Assembly (NCBI GenBank): GCA_050575255.1
Contig: JBNZDD010013589.1
Span: 1,206,374-1,270,373 of the forward strand
Direction of reading: 5' to 3'
DNA from: Harriotta raleighana
Taxonomy: Eukaryota
DNA: 64,000 bases
Under the pieces are notes generated by a model, which ran no database searches, was not told the DNA's origin, and saw nothing but the letters and a program-made list of their open reading frames with translations. The translations under genes and the position numbers were made by a program. This document shows, piece by piece, positions 25,191-38,859 of this stretch. Position 1 is the stretch's first letter, and the number at the start of each line of letters is the position of its first letter.

Positions 25191-25529
25191 TGTTATTATT
25201 CCTATCTTGAAGCAGTCAGTGCAGTGTTCCAGAACACAATTTTCTGGAAAGAACCCATATCCTCAATAAGTTTGCAGCTTTCTATAAAATGTGAATTAAA
25301 GAGGATGGAGCCATGTCTATTGCCCAACTCAACCCCAAGTTAGTTCTGAGCCCTCTGTTCCAAATATTAATTTATAAATAATTGGATGCTTCTCAGAAGC
25401 TGCTAATGGGGTAATATAATTTTAATGTATAGTTAATTCATTTGAATATTACTCCAGTGCCTTGATACCCTGCGGAAGGTTTGGGATAATTGAGAGTTGC
25501 TTTATATCTAACAACACATTAAATACAAA

Positions 25530-25830
25530 ATTAAATTTTTATAGCGCATTTCAAGTTGGGAGAGTGTTCTAGATGCTAGATGGTCAGGAGTGGGCAAGTA
25601 GGGTCAAAGCAGAGTGTCTTGAGACATGCCTTGAAGGAGGCAACGGGAAGGAGCAAGGTAAAGGGAATGTGGGATGATGTTCCAAAGGGTGGGGGCTGAA
25701 GGCCCATTCAATGATTGTGAGGCGGGCCAGGCAAGGGGTGTGGAATAGGCTGAGCGGAGGAAGATATGGGGATACAGAGGTCGGTAGGGGCAAGGCAATG
25801 GAGTGCCTTGATGATCTACATGTAGACTTT
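25530..25830 (-). mobile_element. L2 3' fragment
   Basis: Minus-strand translation includes WAFS and LWNIIP, as in the L2 ORF2 C-terminus; L2 tail present. Confidence 0.7.
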
Positions 25831-26559
25831 TGGCAATAAGGAGCTCGAGAATTAACAGGCCCAAATTTCCCTCTGATCTTTCGGCAGCCTGTAAGATTGT
25901 TTGGCCTAAAGTTTTTAAAAAAAAATAAAAAAACAATTGTCAAGAATTAATTGGCCATTTGGAGGCCAGATTTTTTTCTTCTAAAATCTAACTAGGTTTC
26001 AAATTGGTTGTTTTGCATAAGTTTGAATGAGCAAACCAGCACAATAGGGGAATTCCTTGCTCCCTTTTTATTTGTCTCTTCCCCTCCCCTACCATTACCA
26101 TGCACGTACTTTTTATCCTTTTTGTCACACACAGATGAGAATACATTCAGCTGCAAAGGGAAATTGGAGCGCTGGAGGATGTTAGATGAGCATGAAAAAT
26201 GAAGTAAAGGTGATTTGAGTTACTGCAGTGTTCCAAATAAATTGGAAAAGGAAGATTGAAGCGTTCAAATGAGTTTATTAGGAAAAAATCCCCCCACTGC
26301 AAACTTGCCTAGAAGCCACTCACTTCAGAATATCATAATACAATTACTAATGAGGCACAAATGAGAATTAATGAGGTGTGACTAATCGACAGAATGACAG
26401 CTGTGCGTCGGAGTGTGAAATTAACTTTTCAGACCACTCGTACATTCATGTAAAGGGGTAAAATACAGCTGTAGATTTAGTATTTTCTTTAATTGGCGTA
26501 TTAGTTGTAATCTAGGTTTATGTACCGATGTGACCCGGGTTCTTTGTTTAGTGCAATTT

Positions 26560-26597
<38 letters not shown>

Positions 26598-27075
26598 AAA
26601 AAGAATCTTTATGAGGTTCTTGCTTGCGTGGGTTTTGTTTCGTAATGTACTGGCGCAGGTGTCCACCTGGCTTTGTTAAGCGCTTTGAGTCAGACTCTTG
26701 ACATGAGAGATATCTGTCTTAGAAAGGTATCATGTCCTACTCTTGTGTTATTCTTTCCCCCCCACCCACTTCCCGTTAGTCATCAACAGTCATTTTCCCT
26801 GTTGAATCTTCATTCTACGTCTTGTACGCAATACAAATTTACATTTAGATGCAGCAACAACTTTATTGAGGTGGATGTCCCAAAAGCACGTGAATGAGTG
26901 AGTTGGCTAAAATGTTTTTGAGAAGGAGCAAAGTATTCTAAAAGGCTTGTGAGGTGGCAGATTGGTGATCCAAATGGATAATGTACCGAGGGACAGTAGG
27001 AAGCGAGCTCAGTAGTTAGGTCTCTAATCTCAAAGAGTTCTTCACAGAGGAGGAAGATTAATGGATTAATTTAGG

Positions 27076-27176
27076 TTCTGACAAAGGGTCACGTCCCCGA
27101 AACGTTGACTCACTTTCCTTTCTCCATAGATGCTGGCTGACCCGCTCAGTTTTCCCAGCAATTCCCGGTTTTGTTT
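27076..27176 (+). mobile_element. Penelope-like element terminal repeat fragment
   Basis: CTGACAAAGGGTCACGTCCCCGAAACGTTGAC...GATGCTGGCTGACCCGCTCAG; same family at 46825, 51953 and 52935. Confidence 0.6.
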
Positions 27177-27399
27177 AAAATTAATGATGGTATTACCCAG
27201 AGCACGCTTATCGTAATAGAGGCTGGAGAGTTGGTCACTTGAATATGTGGAGTGGTGGTTTTAGGGTGGTGGGGGAGAGAAGAATGAATGAGGAGGGAAT
27301 TATCATCAGTAGCTTGTTTTGCACCTTGATGGATTTTGAAAATTTGTTAGCTCGAAAATGTCATCAGGACATGATTGCTTTGCACTAGCCAATGATAAA

Positions 27400-27781
27400 A
27401 ATAATCCATGCATTTGATATTGCCTTATCATATCTCTGAGGCGTCTCAAAGCACTTCAAAGAATAATAATAATCCTCGCATTTGATATAGCACTTTTCAA
27501 GTCTGCTAGACATCTCAAAGCGCTTCATTCAATCAATCAAAATTACATTTCTATAGTGCCTTTCACATCTGGAGGACGTCCCAAGGCGCTGTACAGTCAA
27601 GTAGGGATCAGAATGGGGGGAGGGTGGGGGGGTCGGGGGAAGGAAAGTGGGAAAAAATTGACTGTATATTTGTGGGCGGAATATACTGGAAAGTCAATTG
27701 ACCTTATATTTGTGGGCGAAACGCAGCAGCCAATTGCACACAGCAGTGTCCCACAAACTAGTGGATTGAGTGACCAAATTA
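27400..27781 (-). mobile_element. Stack of nested SINE and L2-type tails
   Basis: Three successive tails starting near 27400, 27463 and 27527. Confidence 0.75.
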
Positions 27782-28657
27782 CAGCAAAACCTTGTTTATT
27801 CGGCACCCACGAGACCTGGCTAGTGGCAGTTAAACCGTTTTTCGGATTGAACAGATTTGAAATTTTTTAACACATACCATATTAATAATAGAATAAATAA
27901 AAACAGTATATTGTATTGGTACTTTTATTTATACTTAACTTTGCAATCACAGCCCTCACCTGACCTATTTTAGAACAAATCGACCAAAGTAGCAACTTCT
28001 GTGTTGTAATAGCTTAGACAAGCATCACTATTCGTGAGTTTCCATTAACAGATTAAAAACAACCGAGGTAAGAAAAACCGTGACTTTTTCTCTCTCTCTC
28101 TCTCTCTGTGGTCTCTCTCTCCCTCTCCTGTGTGTGTATTTGTGTGTGTCTCTCTCTCTCTGACTAGATGTATGTTTCTCTCTGTCTCTCTGTCTGTGTG
28201 TGTGAGTCTGTCTGTGTCTCTCTCTTTCTTTCTGTCTCCTCTTTCTCTCTCTGTGTGTCTCCCTCCCTNNNNNNNNNNNNNNNNNNNNNNNNNNNNNNNN
28301 NNNNNNNNNNNNNNNNNNNNNNNNNNNNNNNNNNNNNNNNNNNNNNNNNNNNNNNNNNNNNNNNNNNNNNNNNNNNNNNNNNNNNNNNNNNNNNNNNNNN
28401 NNNNNNNNNNNCTCTCACCTGTAAATGGCTGCTGCCCAGGACTCTGAGCGTCTCAACAGTTTAGACACATCTAGTGGCCAACCGCGAGTACTACACTCGC
28501 GAGTACTACACTCACTTGCAACATTCCATTCATTAAACGCGTCCGTCATCACTATTTGCCGGATAACTTACGGGTAATCGAATCAGGACTTTTTTTTGAG
28601 GGAGCGGTTGAACGGGTTTTCCGGTTCATTAAGTCACGGATAAAGGAGATTTTACTG
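27782..28657. mobile_element. pogo/Tigger-like MITE, family A copy 2 (spans N gap)
   Basis: CAGCAAAACCTTGTTTATTCG ... CGGATAAAGGAGATTTTACTG, flanked by TA. Confidence 0.8.
28269..28411. other. Assembly gap
   Basis: Run of N. Confidence 1.
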
Positions 28658-29659
28658 TATTAAGGTTTTAATGTTTTTTGAAAAAAACCTTGAAAGGGCA
28701 ACCTTGAAAATCACTCAACTCTTCAGTGAGTGTCCCTGATCGCGTACTTCGTCTCCAGCCTGGAGATTGATGGTTGCCATGATTCTGACCGGCTATGATG
28801 GATTGAGTTTGACACAATACAACCAGTGCTGGCAGCGTCCGACCCAGTCCAGTCCTCTGATGGTGTTAAATTCGTTTAAATGTGTTGGAATAACTTTTGG
28901 AAAGGTTATTCAAAGTTAAATTAATTCCCACCCCAGATTTGCCTGGCCCTCATCCTTCTTCTCGGTAGTAGAGAAAATATTGATCTTGTCTCTTGCTGAG
29001 ACATTTGTCTTTATTCTTCTGGAAGAAGGCCCATGGGAACTTTGTGAACTGAAGAGATAGTGTATTTTCAGTATTAGAGTGCTGAAAAACACTCTAATAT
29101 TAGGTCAGCTTTATAACTGTGTTACTCTTGAATCTCTAAATCTGAATGTAAAAGTCATTAAAATATTTTAAAAATTGGGCAATCTTCGTAAGTATTTCCC
29201 AGTGGTCCTCACTTAGAACGTAAGAATTTACTAGGCGAAAGAAGACCACGGTTCATCCAATTTGTCTTCAACCATCCTTCCAGCCACTTACACATATCGT
29301 GTCCCAAACTATACACTGCACTAGTTTTATGGTTAAGTTTGTTTTATTATACTCCAGTAGAAGTAAAGAATTGAGCATTTGTGCCAATGTACCCTCCTCT
29401 TGTACATTACAGGAACACTACATGTTGTATGAAAACGTATTTTGGTTTGTTCTGACTGTCGTTTGGTTCCAGCTGGTGGTGCTGTTGCTTTGGAGATCTT
29501 TGTTCCTTATTAAGTACATAAGTTCAAGAAGAGATTCGGAGTCAAAGTGGGAAAGTTTGGAGCCAAAGAAAAGCTATGGTTTTGTTCAGCTGTGATTAGT
29601 GTTTAATATTGGTGTACATGTCAGTGGGAAATTTGGACTGAACTTTTCTTGTTTCTGGT

Positions 29660-30015
29660 CTCAGTAGCTCAGGGGTTGGAGTACTCAACTCAAAACCGAG
29701 AGACATGGGTTCAATTCCTGGCAGGGTGAAAAGTTGGGCAAGTTTACTTCACATGCCTCTGATTACCTAGCAGTAAGTAAGAGCCTGGTCATTAGTCGAT
29801 TTGCAGATCGCATTTCTGCGTGGGGGGGCGGGTAATAATTCCTTCAAAAAATTAAATTTAAATTTAATTAAAATTAAATAAAATTTCTATCCACGAATGT
29901 TTGTGGGACACTACTGTGTGTAATTGGCTGCAGTGATTCGTCCACAAAACAGTCGATTCACTGTACAAAATAATCTATGATGCTCTTTGAGATGTCTCGA
30001 AAATGTGATAAGGTG
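29660..30015 (+). mobile_element. tRNA-derived SINE
   Basis: GTAGCTCAGGGGTTGGAGTACTC...GGTTCAATTCC head, family tail. Confidence 0.8.
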
Positions 30016-30677
30016 CAAGTTATATTTCTCCAGTGTCTTTTGTGGTGAGAGGGCTCTCCCTTTTGTTGCCATGTGTAGAAGATAATAATCATTATGTGAG
30101 AATGATGTGGTGAGAGCCTTGCCCTTCATTTGTTTCCCCCCACACCCTCACCTCCACTGACCTGTTTCATCCTACCTGGAAAGCTTTTCTCTCCTTGATA
30201 GCTTGGGTCTGATAGAGTGGTTACAGGGATTTCCTATGTCAGGTCCACATTCTACCAATATGACCTAGCATGTAGCCACATCAATGCACTGCATCATCAT
30301 ATAGACAAGCCTTTAACATTACTTTAATGTCCAAGTCAGTCTCTTGTCTGATCAATGAGAGCTTTATATTTGCAACCTCTGTCGCCTGTGCTGCTTGCTC
30401 TCACTGAGCAGATCTGACTACCGCATTGTACATGGAGAGGTTTATATTCCAATCTTCACGCCTCTCTGAAGGTGCTAACTAATATCGAGGTCGGTCTTTC
30501 CTGAGATTCAGTGTGTTTTTAGAGGTGAAAATGATGTCCAATTTGCACACAACTGTTCTACAAATGGCATGAAATGAATGAGTAATTTTATTTGCGGGAT
30601 TATGGCTGGGGCTGGATATTGTGGGAAAATGCATAGTGCTATTGATGACCATCTAGGTCCTTGGTTTCATGTTTCAT

Positions 30678-30995
30678 TGTCCTATAACTCAGTGGTTAGA
30701 GCACTCGTCTTACAAGCGTGAGAACTCTGCTCGAATCCAGGCAGATCAGCGCGAAACTGTGTACACGTTTACTTACTCCACATGCCTAATAATATTCCTT
30801 CCAAAAAAAGCACATTAATAATAAATTGGTCATTTTAATCCACGACTGTTTGTGGGACACCTCTGTGCGCAATTGGCTGCCGTGTTTCGCCCACAAATAT
30901 ACAGACAACTCACTTTACAGTATATTCTGTGAAATACTTTAAGATGTCGATAAGCTGTGAAAAAGCTCTATTACAAATGCAAGGATTATTATTGT
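30678..30995 (+). mobile_element. tRNA-derived SINE, full length, nested in an older DeuSINE
   Basis: Complete head to tail; flanks CTTGGTTTCATGTTTCAT and CCCAAAGATGGCA rejoin as a Deu-like core. Confidence 0.8.
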
Positions 30996-31269
30996 TAATA
31001 TCCCAAAGATGGCATTGCTCTGAATGTCAGTCAGTCTATGAGCTCATCGAAGTCTTGAATTGTGGCCCCTAATAATATTCCCTTCAAAAAAACCTTTCTT
31101 GCCCTGAGACAAAATGGATCAACAGAAAATAAATATTTAAAGTTTCTATAACTGCATTAGTAATTATGCATGTAAATTCCTAAAGGAAATCAGCTGGTGA
31201 CAACTCAGCCTAGCACAAACCTGCCAGAAAGATTCTTATTCCCTCCATCAAAAGTGAGCAATTTATTAT

Positions 31270-31505
31270 AATAATAATCCTTGCATTTGATATAGCTCCT
31301 TATCATGTCTTCCAGATGTCGTAAAGCGCTTCGCAGAGTATACTGTAAAGTGAATTAAATATATATTTTCTGGGTAAAATGCGGCAGCCAATTAATTACA
31401 CACAGCAGTGTCCCACTAATAGTTGGGAATTAAAATTAAATTTTTTAAAGGAATTATTACCGCCCCACCCCGGAAATGTGAGTCAGGGATTGAGTGATCA
31501 AATTT
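31270..31505 (-). mobile_element. tRNA-derived SINE, 3' half
   Basis: Reverse-complement tail and body. Confidence 0.8.
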
Positions 31506-32179
31506 TATTTTACTGCAGGGTACGATTGCCCTATGCATTTGGGGTTGTATTTTTTTTTGGTACCTGCAGTCTTAAAACAACAAATTATACAACAAATACT
31601 TGAAAATAGGAATACATTGAGCCAGAAACAAGTCTCGCTCTGAAATGAAGTTGACGCATGAAAGCGAGAGCTGCTTGATTCTCAGTCTCTATAGTTACTG
31701 TTATTTTCCTTCCTCTCACCACTTTCATTTTTCTACATCTCCACTTTCTGCACCATCGCTCCTACAATGGCCTTGGAGCTACACTCGTCCACCTCAATTA
31801 ACCCCACAACCACTTTCTCCCCGGTTCACATGTTAGGTATTTAAAGTCTATGAAAGTAAAGTGCCATTGCACAAACTGTTTTACTGAGGAATATTTGAAC
31901 CTCAAGTATGTTAAAAGAAAATTCCTCACTAAGGATATATATCATTGGGGAATTTTAGTGTGAATATTTTCTGTGGTGGAGACTGAACAATGCCAATGCT
32001 GTTTATTCAGATTATGCACTTATTATTACCAGTCATCCTCTTACCTCCAGCTCGGCTTCAGACACAGTTAAGTACTCCGAGACACTATCCCCAGCAAGAT
32101 GCTATATAATGATAATAATAATCCTTGCATTTGATATACAACAACAAAATTACATTTGTATCGCGCATTTCATGTCTTC

Positions 32180-33335
32180 TAATGACATTCTAAACATCTG
32201 CGAATTTGGGCTCTGTGCTTCCTTGTCCTCCTCGACTTCTCTGCCACCTTTGACACTGTTGACCATTCCATCCTCCTTTCAACTCAGACTTCACGGACCT
32301 GCCCTTGCCTGGTTCAAATCTTACCTCTCCCACCATCTCCACTTTGTTGCCACAAGTGTGGGGTTCCCCAGAGCTCTGTCCTTGGCCCTCTCATTTCAAT
32401 ATCTATATGCTCCCCATTGATGACATCATCTGCAGACATGGGGTCAACTTCCATATGTATGCGGATGACACCCAACTCTATCTTTCTGCCTCCACCCTCG
32501 AGTCCAGGATCACTGCTGTCCTGAATGCCTATCGAACATCGAGTCCTGGAGGAGAGCTAACTTTCTACAGCTGAATGTCAACAAGACAGAGGCCCTCCTG
32601 ATTGGCTCGCTTCAGTGCCCTCACACCTCAGGCACTGGCTGCATTAACCTCCATGGCTGCAGATTCCACCTCAGCAAGCCAGTCAGGAACTTGGGTGTCT
32701 TGATCGATCCTCATCTGTCTTTTCTCCCCCACATCCATACCATGACCCGCTCTGCATTCCTTCACTTCCACAACATTGCCTGACTCTTCATTAAGTCCAG
32801 GTTTGTCCATGTCAACGTTCTGCTTGTCTGCCTCCCCGATTCCTCCCTCCGTAGCATGCAGATTATTCAGAACTCTGCAGCGTGTATCCTCTCTCCATTC
32901 TGGCCCGACTTTTTTTTATCACTTAGAGGATTCAATTCAAGCTCGTAATCCTCACCTTCAAAGCCCTCCATGGCCTTGCCCCATCCTATCTCTGCAACGT
33001 CCTAGCCCCCTACCAATCTGTCTGCTCCCTCTGCTCAGTGAGCTCCATCCTGCTTCACGTCCCTTAACCTGCCATCGGCAGGCGAGCCTTCAGTCACTCT
33101 GCCCCCAACCTTGGGAATTCCATGCTGCAATCCCTCCATCTCGCCCCCTCCTTCAAGTTCAAGGCTCCTTCAAGTTCTGCCTCAAGACCCTCTTCAACTG
33201 TGCTGTTGGTCCCTCACCTGCCTTCAACCTCCCCAATCCTGCCCCTAGCTCGGGGATGAAAAAAATGACTGTGCCTTGGGACGTCCTCCCAAAGTAAAGG
33301 CGCTATACAAGTGTAGTTGTGTTGTTTGTTGTTGT
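32180..33335 (+). mobile_element. L2 LINE fragment (RT to 3' end) inserted in a minus-strand SINE
   Basis: [18 protein letters not shown] motif; L2 tail; host SINE resumes TTCTAGATATCT at 33335. Confidence 0.88.
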
Positions 33336-34594
33336 TCTAGATATCTGAAAACACTTTACAAAATATACTGGAACATGAATTGACTGTATATTTATGGATG
33401 AAATCTGGCAGCCAATTGCATACAACTGTCCAAAACGCAAGTCGTGGTTATTAATTCAACACAAAAAATCTATAGCAATATATCCCTTCTCAAAAAGAGA
33501 GAATTTTTCAAAATTCCTTCACTTTTNTACAACTGTCCAAAACGCAAGTCGTGGTTATTAATTCAACACAAAAAATCAATAGCAATATATCCCTTCTCAA
33601 AAAGAGAGAATTTTTCAAAATTCCTTCACTTTTTGTGTGTGTGTGAAATGCCTCTCTGTACCTTTCCACCCATGGCAAATGAAGACGGGGTTTAGGAATG
33701 TAATTGGTACAGAGTGTGCAAGCTGCAGGGCCCTGGCTCTTGGCTAGGGTTGTTTTTGATGATTAGACAGGTGCTGTTTAAAATCATTACTGGAGCCATT
33801 GGGGGTGGGAGGAGGAGAGAACATACAATAATAGATAATTGCAATCCCTTAGTTTGTTGGATGTTCAGTAGTGAAATAATATTGCTTTAGAAATGGAATC
33901 TCACTGGGAATGCTACCTCAATAAATCATCAGCTTATATTTGTATTGCCATTAAAGATTTTTTTAACCTTTCAAAGAAGAGAGATATTGCAGAGAATTTT
34001 CCACGTGAGGATAATTTCAAGTGCTGCTTTCTGCAGGATATTGTAGATGTTGTGTTGCCTGCAATACCTGAAGGAAAGCAATAGTCTTTTGATGGTGGAC
34101 CGTTATGTATTTATTAAGGAGTTGAAATATGGCTCGAAACAGTAAGTTTTGCAGCGCTCTTCCTCCCCTCCTCTTCCCCCTTCCAAACACACGTGTTTCA
34201 CAAAAAGCATAGAACTCAATTACGATAATTTCCTATGCCAATACATTCAGAGTGGCTATACAAGTGACAATTAGTGAGGCATCCTGTGTTTGAGTGCTCT
34301 AATGGGTCTTCAGTGTATGTGTACAATGGGGAGGTTGGATTTCTGACTCATAAGCCTTTTTTCATATATAAAAAAATTCCCAACTTAATTTCTTGCTGTT
34401 GTGACTGTGGTGATTCATGTTGGTGTGTATCATGGATATCAATCTCTCCTGGTTACCTTAACCAATTTCCCATGGAGAACAAATCCTAGGAGAGCCGGGG
34501 TTCTATACAATGTTTGTTTGCAAAGTGTAGTGACTGTGTTTTGGAGGCATTATCAATCCTGTGAAGTACTTTGAGACACTATCCTATATCAAAT

Positions 34595-35508
34595 ATCCAC
34601 AGACATGGGGTCAACTTCCACATGTATGCGGATGACACCCAACTTTATCTTTCTGCCTCTACCCTCGATTCCAAGGACCTTTCTATCCTGACAGATTTCC
34701 TGTCAGACATCAAGTCCTAGATGAGAGCTAATTTTTTACAGTTGAATGTCAACAAGCCTGAGATTGGCTCGTGCTAGCGCATTAGGTACTGGCAGCATCA
34801 ACCTACATGGTTGCATACTCTACCTCATCAAGCCAGTCAGGAACCTAGGTGTCTTATTTGATCCTCAACTGTCTTTCCAACCCCCACATCCAAGCCATGA
34901 CTCGCTCTGCCTTCCCTCTCCTCCGCAACATTGCGTGACTCTGCTATACCTCACCCCTCAGGCCGCTGAAACTCTCATTCATGTCTTCGTCACATCCTGG
35001 CTTGACTATGCCAACATCTTGCTTGTCAGCCTTCCCAACTCCTCACTCCATAGGCTGCAGATCATCCAGAATTTTGCGTCCCGTATCCTCTACCGATCTA
35101 AGCTCTGTGAACCCATCTCTCCCCGCATTCTCGCTTGACTCAATTGGCTCCCAACTTTGCCCCATCTACTTCTGTGACCTCCTAACCCCCTACCAACCTT
35201 CTCTCTCTCTGCTCAGCAGGCTCCGGCCTGCTCCATATCCCCCGACCCAACATCAGCGGGCGGATCTTCTGGCTCGCTGCCTCCAACCTCTGGAATTCCA
35301 TCCTGCAGTCCCTCCGCCCGCCCCTCCCTGGCCTCCTTCAAGGCCCGCCTCAAGATCCTCCTCTTCGACAGTCCCATTGGTCACCCTAACTCCCCTCTAC
35401 CCTCCCAGATTCCGACCCCTGCTGGGAACTGAAACATTGACTGCCCAGCGCCTTGGGATGTCCTCCTGACATGTGAGGTGCTATATAAATCTAATTTTGT
35501 TATTGTTG
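34595..35508 (+). mobile_element. L2 LINE 3' fragment
   Basis: YADDTQLY, VRNLGVLFD, AAETLIHVFVTSWLDY; L2 tail. Confidence 0.88.
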
Positions 35509-37037
35509 TCTGCCATGGGAATCGCTGCTAGTGTCTACTTTGGAGCTTTCAGTCTGACAGCACCAGCTTATTGATATGCATGACCCAGTCTGTCCATGAG
35601 AATCTTGTGAGTGGAGTGGTGGTCACCATTGGCAGCACAAGTAATGAGAGGCTTGGTCAGTAGATTGATGGGATTCGCTGACACTTCTTGTCTCACTTAC
35701 GAAACAACTTGCGACACAAATGGGTGAGACGATCATTGTCCTATTGCTGGCAACAGCGACTCATTGAGCACCAAGGATCGAGGCTACTTTGAATTGTTTT
35801 GTAGTATTCTACCTATGAATGGAATCCTCCATAAATAGAAGGGCAAGAAGCAGAGTTCTCTGTACTGTACCAGAGTAACGGTGCACCTCCAAAAGGCGGT
35901 AACTCTATCTTGGTTAGTAAATGATAATAAATAGTGCATTTAAAAACTTTGAATTAGCTCCAGGACTCTGAAATAATGTTTCCCCATATCATTTGAACTG
36001 GATTCTACCAGTGCTTTAGCAGGTTAATTATAATAAAGGAACTGTTCTTCAAACTCAGTCTTTTTGGGTTGTGTTGGTTCCCAGTGAGGTGTTTTTTTTT
36101 ACATCTGGCAGAGAGAAGTCCGAAACATTTACAAAATCAGCACATGCCATAGGTCACAGAACAGATTTTGTGAGCCATTAGTGTTAGTTCCACATCACTT
36201 ACCAGGAGACTTACTGGTAGATAGAACATAACCTGATTCTGACTTGAAACCTTGGAAGTTTTGTTACTTCAATGGTTAGTGTTTATACAGCAAAATGTGA
36301 GCCATCAATTTCTTGAGATGAGATCACATTAAGAATGAATATTCGTAAACTCTCTCTGCAGGAGCAAAAAGATGCTCTATTGAGCTGGGTAATAATCATG
36401 ATATATCCTTGTGAAAGCTGAAACAGTTGTTCACTAACTAGCCGTTGGCACCAAATTATTATATCGTTGCAAAGAACAATTTTGTTGTATATACTCTATT
36501 CTATTCGACATCAAAATTTGATTATAGCCTTACAATTTGGAAAGGCATCTCGAAGCTCATCAAAGCAGGTACCATGATTGCCCTGTGTTGTCTTGATGCT
36601 GTTGGTTTGGAATTTGCAAAGCTATCCAGATTTTTTTAAAAAAAAAGTAATAATAATCCTTTGCATTCTATATAGCGTATTATCACATCGTTGAGACGTC
36701 TCAAATTGCTTCACATACTGCAAAGTGAATTGACTCCATTTTGATGGCAAAATGTGGTCAATTGCATAGCAGTGTCCCCAAAACAGTTGAGAATTAGGTT
36801 TGTGTTAATTTCTGTGTTTCCCAGAAATCACAAAAATTGCGCTGGGTATGCAAATGCACTAAGTAATTATATTCCAGGACCCTTGTGGGAAAAAAATTGT
36901 TTTTTATGCTCTGAAAAATTATTTTGATGTTTTGGCAAATAATCCCGTTGCATTATCCTGATGGGCAATGCGGAGAATAGTTGAAAAGGTTCTATTCCAG
37001 AGTCCTTCTGATCGTCAGAATTGTTCTTTGTATTAAA

Positions 37038-37402
37038 TAATAATAATCCTTGTATTTGATATAGTGCTGATCACGTTTTTGAAATGTCTCAAAGTGTTCG
37101 CAGATTATACTGTAAAGTAATTTGACTATTTTGTGATCGTAAAACGGCAGCTAATTGCGCATAGCATTGTCCCACAAACAGTCAGGGATTAAGTGACCAA
37201 ATTATTGCTGTTATTATTATTAATTTTAATTATTAGCCCCAGAAAAATGACCCACTAATCAAATAACTACTGGGCTCCTACTAACTACTAGGTAAATAAG
37301 AGTGATGTGGAGTAAGAAAACTTTCTCAATATTTCACCCTGCCCAGGAATAAACCGAGATCCTCTGACCGATGAGGCGAGTGGTCTAACCACTGAGTTAC
37401 AG
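37038..37402 (-). mobile_element. tRNA-derived SINE, full length
   Basis: Tail at 37038; head ends CTAACCACTGAGTTACAG. Confidence 0.85.
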
Positions 37403-38601
37403 CCTGATGACCTACAGCCTGTTGATTTCTGCACGAAAACGGCAACCAGAAATGAAAGTTATATTTGAATTGCACATGATTATTCCGGCAAAGATTTGGT
37501 TTATTATTAATCCGATAAATTTTCTCTGATATTCCCAGCAAGTGCTAATGCCACTATAGAAACTGACCGGTGAAGTTAATGTGTTTCTGCAGCTTCCTTG
37601 ACATTGCTTTGGATAATTTTCCCATTAACAATTACACAAGATTAATCGTGTTTTAACCTAAACTTAAATGAAATTGAATGTGCAATGTGCCACAATTTTA
37701 AAGTGATTTAATGCAAGCGCCAAGCCATGAATTCCCTTTTAGATATGACTAGAGGGCAACTTTAAAATGATAGAGATTTGTCATTTTTAATGCTTTTAAT
37801 TAACTTGCACTGCACTAGAGGTGGTTCAGCTTTGTCTGTCCTTAACTTTCCTTCTATACATTATTATTGCAGCTTGAGCGCAGCTGCTGTTTCCTGAATA
37901 GATTGTGATTTACAGAGATTGTAGAGGTCCCCTGTTCCACCAGAGACTGTTAAAACCGTAGCATAGGCAGAAAGATAGTTCCTTAAAGCCAATTCAAATG
38001 CCTTTATCAGCTGTGTTGTCTGACTCATTCATTTTAGGCCAGGATATTGCTCTGTGCAAACATTTCCCACAAAATACACAGGCAGTCTACTTCACAGTAT
38101 ACTCTGTGAAGTGCTTTGAAACATCTCGATGGCGAGCTATGGCATTGTATCAAATTCAAGGATTATTATTACTAGGAGCTTGCAAACTTCAGTGCCTGGC
38201 ATTGAACTTCAAAGCAGCATTGCTGGAGACTGACTCCAGTCCATTTAGCATTTGGGACTGCATTACTTACATCTTTTTTCTGGACTTACGCCACTCTTTT
38301 CTTCCCCCCCACCCCCATGAGAGGACTCATTGTCTGATCCATTTTAATGTGACTTGAAATTGATGATTGAAGAATTAGGTATATACAAATCATACCCCAG
38401 TGTTCCTTTGCTTGCGTTCTGTATCTTTAAAGCTGCTCTCAATCTCCCTGCCCCCCACCCTTCTCTGTCTTTCACAATTTCCTAAGAGGGATTCTGCGCC
38501 AATATCACTGTTGTGACTTACCCTCTAGCTAGTCTTACACTCTTGGGAAAAAATATTTTGACCTCTGCTTGACACTCACACTAAGATGTTGGCAATCTAT
38601 G

Positions 38602-38859
38602 GAATTCAGAGTTGCCCATTCTTTACCAACACCATGTGTATTCTCTCTCTCTCTCTCCAAACAGTTAGATTTTTGTAATAACCTTTTGATTGGAAAGCAA
38701 TGCTTTGCTGATGAGACAGCACTTAACCTATGGTGTGGGTGTTGAATTCAGGGTCGCCCATTCTTTACTAGCACCATGTGTATTCTCGCTCTACAAACAG
38801 TTAAGATTTTTATAATAAGCTTTTGATTGAAAAGCAATGCTTTGCTGCTGAATCAGTAC
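38602..38859. repeat. Diverged ~142-bp tandem duplication
   Basis: GAATTCAG.GT.GCCCATTCTTTAC...AAAGCAATGCTTTGCTG starts at 38602 and again at 38744. Confidence 0.85.
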
